64,000 bases of DNA from Octopus vulgaris (Eukaryota): assembly GCA_951406725.2 (NCBI GenBank), contig OX597834.1, forward strand, positions 24,056,001 through 24,120,000, read 5' to 3'. Position numbers and translations under genes: made by a program. Positions 52,291 through 64,000 of the stretch are shown here, one piece after another. The notes beneath the pieces are model-generated. The model searched no databases and was not told where the DNA came from. It saw nothing but the letters and a program-made list of their open reading frames with translations. The stretch's first letter is position 1, and the number at the start of each line of letters is the position of its first letter.

Positions 52291-53159
52291 TTATGTATCT
52301 TAATAATACTAAAACTCTAGGGATATTTGTGTGCACCTGAAATATCTCAGAATTAGTATATTTTATCTTAATTTTTTCTCTGTATTTATTTACATACTTA
52401 CCTTCGACAGCACAGTACAAATTTGGACTTCTATTTATTAATGAAAATGAGTAAGCACAATTTTTGTGCTTACTTGTGACATCAACACAAATACAGAATA
52501 CACACACATATAATGACTGCCATGGCATGTCAATCAACACAAACACACATCCTCTACCTGTGACATATATACACACATAGCCTTCACGCTCTCTAAGAAA
52601 CAAGATGTCAACTTTTTGACGTACACAATATTTTAATTATTTAGAAATATTTTAACTCAATGTGATTTCAAAAATGTAAGTTGTTTGTACAGTAAGTATT
52701 TATATTTTAGCTTTCTTTAAACAGACAATATTTTAATGTTTTTTAAAATTATTTTCAAGTCGTTAATTTCCATAAAAAATTTTTATTTATTCACTTTTGT
52801 TTTCATGTGAAAGAGAGGAAAAGTGAAAGATGTATGTACGAGTATATGAAATGGACATATGTGTAAGAAAGAGAGGAAGAGTGAGAGAGGAACAGAGTGA
52901 AGGGGAGTGAGAGAGTGAGTGAAGGGATGTGTTGTCATGTATACGTGCATACATGAATACATATGCGTACATCTTTTTGTATGTACATGTGTGTATGAGA
53001 GAGAGAGAGAGTGAGTGAGCCTGTGTGTTCTCATGTATGAGTAAATGGCACTCTCTCTCTCTATCTCTCTCACACACACACACACATACATCCATTTCAT
53101 ATGCACATTCATGCATCTTTCATTTTCTCTTCTCTTTCACTTTAAAACATAAGTAAATA

Positions 53160-53574
53160 AATAAAAAATTTTTACAGAAATTAATGAACAAAACCATCTG
53201 ATCCGGGTGACAGTTCCGAGAGTCAAAGTGAAAGATCACCTCAAAGGAACACCATTACAAAAAATTTTTGGAGTGCATTCAATGTGTCCCAGCTCCAAAG
53301 ATTTGGCTGCTGTTTCTAGCATGCCCTGCTACCACGTAACAGCTATTTGTGATAAAGGACTCGAAATACCTGTTATGTGGTAGCAAGGCGTGCAAGAAAT
53401 AGCAGCCAAATCTTTCCTTTTCCTGGGAAAGGAGCCGTTTACACATGATTTTGATGTCATATTCGTTGAAAGTATGCAAAATAACCTGGAAAAGAAAAAC
53501 AAACCTACGAAACAAAACTCCGTTGCTGGGAAACTCGGACTTTCCAGGTGACCCAATGGGTCACAGGTAGTCTA

Positions 53575-53575
<1 letters not shown>
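53160..53575 (+). mobile_element. Helitron-type element 3' part
   Basis: Hairpin GTGACCC-aat-GGGTCAC (53548-53564), then CTAG (53572-53575) and T. The 5' boundary is uncertain. Confidence 0.65.
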
Positions 53576-53609
<34 letters not shown>

Positions 53610-53612
<3 letters not shown>

Positions 53613-53775
53613 ATAAAAAGTAAAAAAAAGTAAAAAAAGTTAAAAAAAGTAAAAAATAAAAAAATTAAAAATAAAAAATAAAAAATAAAAAATAAAAAGT
53701 AAAAAAAGTAAAAAAATAAAAAGTAAAAAAAAAGTAAAAAAATAAAAAATAAAAAATAAAAAGTAAAAAATAAAA
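53610..53775. repeat. (TAAAAAA(G))n A-rich repeat
   Basis: Directly visible. Confidence 0.85.
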
Positions 53776-53823
53776 CCAATAATTATTTCCAGATCCTTTC
53801 AAATCCTTTGATTTTTTTTTTAA

Positions 53824-54052
53824 CCCTTTAGCATTCAAACCAGCCACATACACCCCAAATATTCTACATGTTTTATGTTCAGACTAACCAGATCAGGCCT
53901 TTCACACCACTCTGCAATGTTATTCCAAAAATAAACAATCACATTATCAAAAATCTCAGTGCTACAAGATAATGCATTGTCTTGAATTAATATTCAAAAC
54001 AATTTGAATAATAAAACAATACATTTGAGAAAATAATCTGAATGCTAAAGGG
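53824..54052 (-). mobile_element. TTAA-type (piggyBac-like) MITE
   Basis: TIR ccctttagcattca / tgaatgctaaaggg; related to the 59615 and 60313 copies. Confidence 0.7.
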
Positions 54053-55666
54053 TTCAACATAATAAATTGTCCTTCTTTGTAGCTCTAATCTTATTTATTT
54101 TTACTGGTTTCAGCCAGTGGAATGTGGCCATACTGGAGCATTATCCTCAGAGATACATATAGATGACATCCCTACAGTTATGTTAGTTTGGGATGGTGGA
54201 GTAATTTGCCACACTTTATTCTTAAACAATAATAAATCACATAAGGGGGATCAGCCATCTGAATGTGGCTAGGGTCAGGGTGGGGTGGTGGGGGTGTTAC
54301 TGATGCATTTATCCTTTCAGGGTCGATAAATCAAGTACTAGTTACGCACTGGGGTCGATGTAATTGACTTCATCTGTTTGTCTGTCCTTGTTTGTCCCCT
54401 CTGTGTTTAGCACACTGTTGGTGAACATATATAAGCTTGATGAGTTGGTTGATTGATGAAAAGTATCAGATAGAATATTCCAGATCTCACTCCAGGTTCA
54501 AATCCAGCGAAGGTCCATTTTGCCTTTTATTCTCTTAGGGTTGATATAAAAAGTATCAGCCCAATGCTGAGACTTTGTCATTCTCTACACTTCTTTCTAT
54601 ATCTCTCTTCATATCAGTCAAAGGATGTGGAAGAAAATATTTTCTATTATTTTGATATGGTCCTTGTTTTATGTTATTCTCAAGAATTTATCAGCAAAAA
54701 TAATTGGAAACATAAAAATGTTGATGGAAAAACTCAGCTAAAATAATAATGAGTAGAAGACATTTCTTGCTTATGAAATGGATATGTGTGTGTACGTATG
54801 CATGTGTGTGTATATGTATGCATATATTCGCACATATCATGCATGGTTGTTGCACACTATGCAAATACCAATTAATAATAGTCATAATGGCAATAATAAT
54901 AAAAAAATAATATTGATGATGATGTTATATGTATAAGTATATACATGTATATATATATGTTTATATGCATGTATGTATATATTTATATTCATTTTCAATT
55001 GCTTTGTTAAGTAGAAGACATACCACCTTCTACCATTCCAGACTATAAAATAGATCTATTTACAAAAATAAATATTTTCTTGAAAAACCTGAAAATTTCT
55101 ATTTCAAGGAAAATGAAAAAAAAAAAAGATAAATTTTTATTTTCTTTAATTCGTTTTTGTTGTTTTTTTTTAGTCATTTTTGACTTTTCACCTGGAACCA
55201 ATGAAATTGGTTCCATGTGAAATAAGAAACATAAAGACATTAAAATTTACCACACAAAATATGTTAAAGAGAGCATGCATACACATTCAGATACACGTGT
55301 GTGTGTGTGTGTGTGTGTGTGCATGCATTGATGTGTTTGTTGATCTCCAACACATAGATCTTTTACAGTCAGGTTGTGTGTCATTATACCTCAGCTTCCT
55401 TCTTGTTACATTTTCAAAATGGCTCACTTTGTGATCTCAAATTCCATACCTACATCATTTGAGAAAATGTGAACTGTATGTACCAGACTTTCAAGCTGCT
55501 TCTCATTTTTTGCCTAAATCATTATATAGCCCATAAAAAGATGATTTGTCTGACCATATCCTTTCCCCAAATTGTTAGCTGTTTTAACTTTTTGCAATAT
55601 CATGGCCAATAACAAATAGTATTGAAATATTTCACATTTTATGTTCACTTTTCCAGGTTTTGTTTT

Positions 55667-55962
55667 CATCATCATCATCATCATTTAATGTCCGTTCTCC
55701 ATGCTAGCATGGGCTGGACGGTTCGACCAGGGAAGCCAGAAGGCTGTACCAGGCTCCAGTCTGGTCTGGCAGTGTTTCTACAGCTGGATGCCCTTCCTAA
55801 CGCCAACCACTCCGTGAGTGTAGTGGGTGCTTTTTACATGCCACCGGCACAGGTGCCAGGCGAGGCTGGCAACGGCCACGATCGGATTGGTGCATTTTAC
55901 GTGCCACCGGCACGGAAGCCAGTCAAGGCGGCGCTGGCATCGGCCACGTTTGGATGGTACTT
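55667..55962 (-). mobile_element. RTE 3' UTR fragment
   Basis: (CAT)n tail and conserved UTR motifs. Confidence 0.7.
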
Positions 55963-56139
55963 TTTACCTACCAATCAATTCAGTATTCCAATATTGCATA
56001 CTGTCATTCATCACATTCTCCATATTTTCTGCCACTCCAAACAGGTTCGTTGTTTTACTTATCCAACTGTGTGGTACCATGATGCATGCTTCTAAGTAAT
56101 CTAACCATGCTAAATTCAATCCCATCAATCTGTGACTAC

Positions 56140-56872
56140 ATCGTCATCATTTAACATCTGCTTTCCATGTTGGTACGGGTTGGATCGTTTGACTGAAAAC
56201 CGGTAAGCTGGAGGCTGCACCAGGTTCCAGTCTGATTTGGCAAGGTTTCCATGGCTAGATGCCCTTCCTAACACCAACCACTCCAAGAGTATATTTTTTA
56301 AGTGCCACTGGCATGGGTGCCAAGCACCCGGCACCGGCATCGGCCATGACTACAGTCACACCTGGCTTGACAGGTCTACACAAGCATGGTATATCATCAA
56401 AGGTCCTCATCACCAGTCACTGCCTTGAACAGGGCTTTTTACGTGCCACTGCCACAATTGCCAGTTAGACAGCACTGCCATTGGCCATGGTTACAATTTC
56501 ACTCGATTCAACAGGTCTTCATAAGCACAACATATCACCCAATGCTTGAAGGGTGCTTTCAACAGGCCTGTTATGCAACACTGTCATTGGTCACAACTAC
56601 AATCTCATTTGGCTTGACATCACTACCTCCATGATGCCCGACATTCGAACAGTATTTTTTATGTGCCACCAGTACAGGTGCCAGTCAGACAGCACTGGCG
56701 TCAGCCACGACTATGATTTCACTCACTTCAACAGGTCTTTGCAAGCAAAGAATATCACCCAATGATTGAAGGCTGCTTTCAACATGCCAGTTATGTGACA
56801 ATCACATTGGCCACGACTATGATTTCACTTAGCTTGACGGATCTTCTCAAGCATGGCATATCTCCAAAGGTC
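56140..56872 (-). mobile_element. Older RTE 3' UTR with tandem subrepeats
   Basis: gatgcccttcctaacaccaacc and repeated ggccacgactatgatttcact units. Confidence 0.6.
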
Positions 56873-57141
56873 ATGTTGTTGTTATGCCTTAGTGTGCCTT
56901 ATATTTAGGGTTTTTTTGGTGTTGTACTAGTGAATGTCCCCCCCCCAAAAAAAAAAACGAACATTATGTTTGTTTTAAACCCTGAGATTACATAGAAAGT
57001 ATTTTGCATAGGATATGAGCAGTTCCCATGAGCACTATCTTTTGAATTTCTGCTATTTTTGGGTTTCCTGGTATCTGAGTTAGGTAGCAATCAGCCCCCT
57101 TCGCTATCGTTCCCAGGGTACCTATGACAACAGGTATTGTT

Positions 57142-57150
57142 TTATTATTA

Positions 57151-57182
<32 letters not shown>

Positions 57183-58210
57183 GGGAAAGCCTCTCGGATA
57201 GTTCTTAATTATAATTTATTCTTTACTTGAAAGCAGGCAACAACATATCACCAAAGGTTTCAAGTAGTGCCTTCTCATGTGACTCAAAGAGATAATACTC
57301 TCCTTAGAATGCGTTCTGTATCCAACAATGCTGTCTTCAAGATCCTCTCAAGCCTGACAGTAGCTCCAATATTCTTAATGTTTTTTAAAGCCCTTGGAAA
57401 CTGCTCCTAATGCCCCAGTTACCACCAGTATTACCATTATTTTCCTCATACCCCATAACTTTCCTATCTCATCCCGCAGTGGCTAGTATTTCTCAATCTT
57501 TTCTGTTTCCTTACTTTTCACTCTTGAATCACCTGGTATTGCAACATCTATTATCTTTACTTTTTTTCATCTTTATGGATGAACATGGTATCTGGTCGCC
57601 CCACCTCTGTGATTTGGTCGCACTGCATGTTAAAATCCCAGAGTATTTTGTAATGTTCATTTTCCATTACACCCTCTGGCTTGTGTTCATACCATTGTTC
57701 AGCTCTTTCAAGGTTTGCTTTACTGTACAACAGCCAGTAGACCTATCTGGCCACATTGTTGAGTCTCCTTTTATATTCACATTGTGCTAACTTACAGCAC
57801 TCACCAACAATATGTATTTCTTTATTGCCCACAAGGGGCTAAACATAGAGGGGACAAACAAAGACAGACAAAGGGATTAAATCAATTACATCGACCCCAG
57901 TGCATAACTGGTACTTTATTTACCAACCCCGAAAGGATGAAAGGCAAAGTCGACCTCGGCGGAATTTGAACTCACAACGTAACGGCAGATGAAATACGGC
58001 TACGCATTTCGCCCGGTGTGCTAACGATTCTGCCAGCTCGCCGCCAATATGGCTTATACTTTCTCCCTTCTCAGAGCACATCCTACATTGTGGTGAGTCA
58101 ATGCTTTTATCAATGTGATATTTGGAGTGATTTGTTCTGAGAGCTTCTTCTTGAGAGCTGCACACTAATGCCTCCGTGGGCCCTTTTAAGTCGCTTTTCT
58201 GTAGTCATTG
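57142..58210 (-). pseudogene. R4/Dong-like non-LTR retrotransposon C-terminus (CCHC plus REL) with (TAA)n tail
   Basis: QEEALRTNHSKYHIDKSIDSPQCRMCSEKGESISHI and KILWDFNMQCDQI..RPD; (TTA)n at 57142-57182. Confidence 0.7.
57815..58045 (-). mobile_element. SINE family B inserted in the LINE
   Basis: Minus-strand head ggcggcgagctggcagaatcgttagc; flanking caatatg repeats. Confidence 0.85.
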
Positions 58211-58663
58211 CCAGGTCCTATTCCAATCAATCTCATCTTTATTCTTCTTTATTATTATTATTATTATTATTTAATTTCATTAAATTATGTTTTTTTTTTT
58301 CAGCCTAGATGTCATATAAATTTCTCCAGGCCTCAAATACAAAATGGTGGCAACAAAACTAGAAAAGTCAACCACAAAAAAAAAACCTACTTGATATCGT
58401 TTGATAAAAAGCTGGTCAGTGGATATTTTTCCTTTGAAGGAAATTCAGATATAATTGGAATGCATTGGGAATATTCTTCACTCGGAAATCTAGAACAGTG
58501 ACTGTGCTTCGCTGCTTCTAGATTATCGATTGGCAAATAAAGTTGTCTCCCAATGAAAAAACAAATTTATGGGACATTAGTGTTATAAATAAGCTTTGCA
58601 TTCTGTGTATAAGAAGAAAAGAAGAAGCAACTTTTTAGTCTTCATTTCTGTCTTCCTTTTAGT

Positions 58664-58719
<56 letters not shown>

Positions 58720-58840
58720 TCATCATCATTTAACATCCGTTGTCCATGCTGATATGAGCTGGATCGCTTGACCAGGGCTGGCAAGCTGAGGGGCTAGTTT
58801 CCAAAGACTTCCTTTTGTACCCCCCAATCCAAAATCCCAG

Positions 58841-58871
<31 letters not shown>

Positions 58872-59133
58872 AAAGCCCCGTTTTCAAGTACGGAGATTAC
58901 AAATCTGAAAAAAAAAAAAAAACTCGCAAAAATTGGTATTTCAAAATTCAATTCCCCACCTGCCTCCACCCCCACACCCATTTGCAAAATAATGTGGAAA
59001 AATACGGAGATTATGAACTGAAAATTTGGATGTTGTTATTGTTGCTTGTTTTTTTAAAAATTTTTTTGTTATTTGTTTTTGTTGTTGTTATTGGGTTTTT
59101 TCTTGATGGGTTATTGTTTCTGTTGATCTTGTT

Positions 59134-59180
<47 letters not shown>

Positions 59181-59614
59181 AATAATAATAACAGTAATCA
59201 TCATCATAACAACAATAACAACAATTCGGAACATCAATATGATAGATAGAGAAACTGAGAATATGACCAACCCTAGACATACAAATAGTTAGGAATTGGT
59301 GTAGCAGACATGGTGAAGAACACACACAGATGAGGGAATATTATAGATATATATTAGGTCAATACTGAAAAGTAGACAAATAAATAAGAAACAAAACTGA
59401 AGTAATAGGCATTGATATTACCAGTTGTGCTGGTAATCAGTAATTAATTATAATATTCTCAATTGGACACTAAATGAAGGAGAAAGACTAAACTGAAAAA
59501 CAAGAAAAATATTGACGGTAGTTTGAATGTTTAACACAAAATTTGACCTCAAAAGATTATATTTACCATGGATATTAGGAGTTAGTAGCCCTATGCAACT
59601 GGAAAACTATTTAA

Positions 59615-59845
59615 CCCTTTAGTGTTTAAATTATTCTGTTAAATGTAATACTTCTTTATTCAAATTCATCATCATCAACTTGAATTAATCATGCATTATC
59701 TTATAGCTTTTGAGGTTTCAATGTTGTGATTGTTTATTTTTAGAGTGTCAATGTAGGGTAGTTGTGAAAGGCTAGATATCGCCAGTTTGAATATAAAACA
59801 TGTAGAATATTTGAGCCGGATATGGCCGGTTTAAACACTAAAGGG
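59615..59845 (+). mobile_element. TTAA-type (piggyBac-like) MITE
   Basis: TTAA-ccctttagtgtttaaa...tttaaacactaaaggg-TTAA. Confidence 0.8.
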
Positions 59846-60312
59846 TTAAAATATCCACAACAGGACTACAAAAATATTGAGTTAGGAATAATGGAAAGTT
59901 AATATAATTAACTTAATATTACAAGCAAAAAAAAAACTGTTTTCCCTTTTGGAAGAAGACAAGACTATGAAATAGAAGTTGAAATAAGAGAGACTTGTAA
60001 GAAGAAATAAGAGAAAATGTGAAAAGGTTAAGTGGCAAGCTAAAACTATGGCTTCACAAGGCTGTGGTTTAGCAATAGCAAGAAGAAACGCCTCCATGGA
60101 AACTATCTGAAAAAACTGAATAAGAAAAGAATGGACGAAGAAATATTGCAACAACCGCATAAAAATAAAGGAGTTGAGGATGAGACTCGATGGTTTGTGA
60201 CTGAGGTGGCGAGCTGGCAGAAACGCTAGCACGCCAATTTTTCGGCATATTTGGCATTGAAAATTTTTTCATTTGCCCTTATTTATGAATTGTTTATGAA
60301 TTTAACCTTTAA

Positions 60313-60533
60313 CCCTTTAGTGTTCAGATTATTCTGTCAAATGTGATGTTTGTTTATTTATATTGTTTTGAATTAATCATGTATTATCTTGTAGTTTAGA
60401 GATTGCAGTGATGTGATTTTTTTAGTTTTAGAATGTCATGGTAGGGCTGAGGTGAGAGGCGAGGTCTGGTCAGTTTCAATATAAAACAGGTTAAATATTT
60501 TGGCCGGATATGGCCGGTTTGAACGCTAAAGGG
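60313..60533 (+). mobile_element. TTAA-type MITE with its empty site present nearby
   Basis: TTAA duplicated at 60309-60312 and 60534-60537; the paralogous site at ~61030 has a single TTAA. Confidence 0.9.
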
Positions 60534-60808
60534 TTAAAGGTATTTTTTAATATGCTGGCCATTGATAAAATTTTTTTTAGAAAAGAATTTTTTTCGAAAA
60601 AGGTTTTATCCTACATTAGATATAAATTTAAGCATTCACTTCCGGACTCTTTCACTCTGTGAGAGCATCAGTTCAAATCGCACGTGTCTCAAATGGGCTG
60701 GAGTATTTCTATTTTGGATGTATTTGGGGTACTTAATTGTGCTCATGACTTAGTGTTTGCTTCTTCCATGGATATGAGTAAGTATCTCATTTATTTCTTT
60801 TGCCACAT

Positions 60809-60863
60809 GTATCACTGACGAAGGGAGGGCTGTTATAAGCTAACCCCGAAATCGGTCCGATAT
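60809..60863 (+). ncRNA. Minimal type-I hammerhead ribozyme motif
   Basis: gtatca CTGACGA aggg agggctgttataagctaa cccc GAAA tcgg TC cgatat. GUC triplet; mismatches at the core-proximal pairs of stems I and II. Confidence 0.6.
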
Positions 60864-61115
60864 GGTAATAATGGAATTTTTTAGAAATTTCTGTTGACCA
60901 TTTTTCGAGTAGTGTGTCGATTGTGAAAAAATTAATGGTTAATGGACAATATGTCCAATTTTTCGGCATATTTGGCATTGAAAATTTTTTCGTTTGCCCT
61001 TATTTATGAATTGTTTATGAATTTAATCTTTAAAGGTATTTTTTAATATGCTGGCCATTGATGAAATTTTTTTTGGAAAAGAATTTTTTTCGAAAAAGGT
61101 TTTATCCTACATTAG

Positions 61116-61148
<33 letters not shown>

Positions 61149-61600
61149 ACAGAGCTAATAGTGATGTATTATCAATCCAGGCAAAATACTTCATAAGCTC
61201 TCTGCTGGCACACCAGGCTAACAATATTGCTTAGATTAGTGAAGAACTCCAAGTATTCTTATGGTAGGGTCTGAGGTTATGGTTCATCACAATTCTACAC
61301 TGTAAATCCATTATAGGGCTCCAATCAAACTGGTATTTACACAAGGTGATATATAAGACAAGGTATAAACAATGGTCCTTACATATTTTTCCTTTATCAG
61401 AGTAAACTTGACTTACAGCTGATAGGTTTAATCAATTGGTCTATTGAGCATTAATTTTTTTAAGCTGTTCAATTTTCCTCAACTGATCAATAAACCAAAT
61501 TGAGTAAACCTATCTGTAATGTACCTATAATGACTAAATTTAAGCCAAATTTACTCTAATAAACGAAAAATATGTAATGACCACTATTTGTACCTTGTCT

Positions 61601-61637
<37 letters not shown>

Positions 61638-61649
61638 TTGTGTGTAAGT

Positions 61650-62339
61650 ATCTTGAGAGAAAAGTTGGGCATAAGAAGCATCAAATGTTGTATGCAAGAG
61701 AGACGACTGCTAATATGGTTATGTAATACACATGGACAAGGACAGTTGTTGTAAGGAAGAGCCAATCTCTAACTGTGGAGGGAACCTGTGGTAGAGGTAG
61801 ACCTAGGAAGACATGGAATGAGGTGGTGAAGCATGATCTTCGAACTTTGGGCTTGAAACAGGCAATGACTAGTGACCAAGATCTTTGGCAATATGCTGTG
61901 CTTGAGAAGATTCATCAATCGCAGTCGTGCCCGATGTTGATGCAATGCAACTGGCACATAAAAAGCACCTTTTGAGTGTTTGGCCTCATGGAAGCAAAGT
62001 GGCTGATGCTGGAGGCATGTGAAAAGCTCATTTTGAGTGTTGGGCTTCACAGAGGCAATTATAAATGACCGAGATCTTTGGCATTATATTGTGCTGCAGA
62101 AGAAGACCCATCAAGCTAAGTAAAATCGCTATCATAGCAGATACTGGTGTCACACAAATGGCACCAGTGACATACACTCTCAGAGTGGTTGGTTGGTATT
62201 AGGAAGGGCATCCACCCATAGAAACCAAGCCAAATCAGACTGGAGTCTGGTGCAACCTTCCAGCTTGCCAGCCCTGGTCAAGCCATCCAACCCATTCCAG
62301 CATGGACAACAGACATTAAATGATGATGATGATGATGAT
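61650..62339 (+). mobile_element. RTE LINE 3' end (ORF2 C-terminus, 3' UTR, (ATG)n tail)
   Basis: LREKLGIRSIKCCMQERRL..VEGTCGRGRPRKTWNEVVKHDLRTLGL. Confidence 0.85.
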
Positions 62340-62361
62340 TATTATATATATATGTGTGTGT

Positions 62362-62393
<32 letters not shown>

Positions 62394-62916
62394 ATCCATT
62401 TATCTACACCCAGTATTTAGTCTGAACTAATCAATATCGTACCATTATGCTCACAGTATTGACCGAAACCCATCACTATAGTACTTTAGAAATAAATCAC
62501 AAAACACCCTATTGATTATTGAACTGTATATGTTTTTGTGAACTGTTATTTTAAAGGTCAAATGAAGCATGAAGAAATTTGACAAGATCCACATACACTG
62601 AAGTCTACACTTCCTTTCCACAGCAGGAAAAACGTAGCTAAAAGACATTGTTATTAATTCCATGCAGTTTCTTGTTTCTTAGTGTTGTTTTAGTTTTTTT
62701 TTTCTTTATTTCTGTCAGTCTTTCTCTGTATTTACATTTTTATTTGGCCTCCCCCCTCCTTCTCCTTCTTACTCACTCACTCAGATACTATCTCACTTTT
62801 GTTTGAAATAAATCATTTTTGCAGTGGTTTCACCCAAGCCAGTAGATATAATTTCAACCCAAGAAACTACATGGAACATTAACTGCATCATACATCACCA
62901 GACCACAGTGTAAACA

Positions 62917-63560
62917 AATCAATCACATTGCAGATCAACAAATCACGTTGTAGCTCACTAAATCACATTACAGATCAATAAATCACATTGCAGATTGCTG
63001 AATCACATTGAGATCAACCAATCACATTATAGACCAGTCGATCACATTGTAGATCAATAAATCACATTATTGAGCGATAACTTATATTGTAGCCCAATAA
63101 AGCACATTACTAAATATAATTGGAAACAATAAATTCCACTCAACAGCTATAAACCACCTTGTAGGTCAGTAAACAGCAATGAAGAGCAACATGTTCTATT
63201 CTTGGAGGTTAATGAATCGCATTGTAGGTTGATAAATGACTCTGTAGACTTGTAACTTACATTGAAGCCACAATGTTAATCAACAGATCTCATTGTAGAT
63301 CAATAAATTGTATTGGCAATCAATGAATTCCATCTGAGTATACTAAAGTATGCTGGAGAGTACTACATTGCACCAAACCAAAAGCTGGAAACAAAGAAAT
63401 CATATTATAGATTGATAAATCATAGTGAGACTCAATAAATAATAGAGATCAATGAAAACACCAGAGATAATTATTAAATCCCATTATTGACCAATAATTT
63501 ATGTAATCAACTGTGAAATCAGATTAAAGGTTAACAATCCACATTAAAAATGAATAAATC
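62917..63560. repeat. Decaying ~20 bp minisatellite (aatcacattgtagatcaata)
   Basis: Clear units at 62917-63110, progressively degenerate to the right. Confidence 0.75.
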
Positions 63561-63785
63561 ATAGAAGACACTGGGAAGTAATAATGAAGGCCACTGAATC
63601 TCCTTTATGACTATTAAACTATATTGTAGACTGCAAAACAACACCAAGGGCCAGTAAAATCGTATTTTAGACAACTAAACATTAGAGACCAGTGTATAAC
63701 AGTTTAGGTTACCAACCCTCACAACAAATCAACTTTTAGCACATTATAAACTATTGAGCCATGTGTGTATGTGTGTGTATATATA

Positions 63786-64000
63786 ATTGAAAAGATTGAC
63801 CATGCAGACTGGGTAGCACCAGCGATCTATGTAAAAAAATAATAAGCTAAGAGTGTGCACAGATTTCTTAACCGGATTAAACAACTGCTTACTCACACAC
63901 AATTACTCACTACCAAGCCCAGAAAAGATATTTGCTAAACTGAACAGAAAGAAAATTTTCTCGAAGTTAGACCTCTCAGAGGTGTACCTCCAAATTCAGT
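63786..64000 (+). pseudogene. Ty3/Gypsy reverse transcriptase N-terminal remnant (runs off the window)
   Basis: IEKIDHADWVAPAIYVK..KLRVCTDF..GLNNCL..YSLPSPEKIFAKLN..IFSKLDLS, with frameshifts. Confidence 0.8.

Larger units (their letters stand above)
60234..61120 (+). mobile_element. Partial-tandem (about 1.3 unit) hammerhead-containing element, retrozyme/Penelope-like
   Basis: 60234-60624 (without the MITE) is repeated at 60955-61120. Monomer about 496 bp; ends in (TA)n. Confidence 0.65.

Noticed and set aside
52393-52405. ATACTTACCT, the U1 snRNA 5' end
   Set aside because: Similarity stops after 10 nt; better read as a minus-strand splice-donor-like motif.
55184-55222. Short hairpin tggaaccaat-gaa-attggttcca as a pre-miRNA
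   Set aside because: The stem is too short and there is no other support.

Overview
Repeat-saturated, AT-rich eukaryotic DNA with no intact protein-coding gene that I can support. The SINE, LINE and microsatellite repertoire looks like an octopus (coleoid cephalopod) intergenic or intronic region; this is inferred from recalled repeat families, not from a search. Contents: over 25 tRNA-derived SINE copies in three families (several with clean TSDs), RTE, R4/Dong-like and CRE-like LINE remnants, Ty3/Gypsy gag and RT remnants, Tc1/mariner and hAT-like transposase relics, non-autonomous Helitrons, TTAA-type MITEs, fold-back elements, a 1.5 kb interstitial telomeric array and many satellites. The most striking signal is a set of minimal type-I hammerhead ribozyme motifs of the Penelope/retrozyme type, from several unrelated families, inside palindromic or tandem elements next to (TA)n or (CATA)n tracts. 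They include a G3:C8 core-swap variant (14588-14711), a canonical CUGAUGA motif (48779-48824) and a ~0.5 kb retrozyme-like tandem unit (60234-61120). Other oddities: an ITS2-28S rDNA fragment inside a LINE, a SINE fragment bracketed by oppositely oriented telomeric repeats, a twin-primed RTE insertion, and a higher-order satellite carrying nine perfect 5' splice sites.
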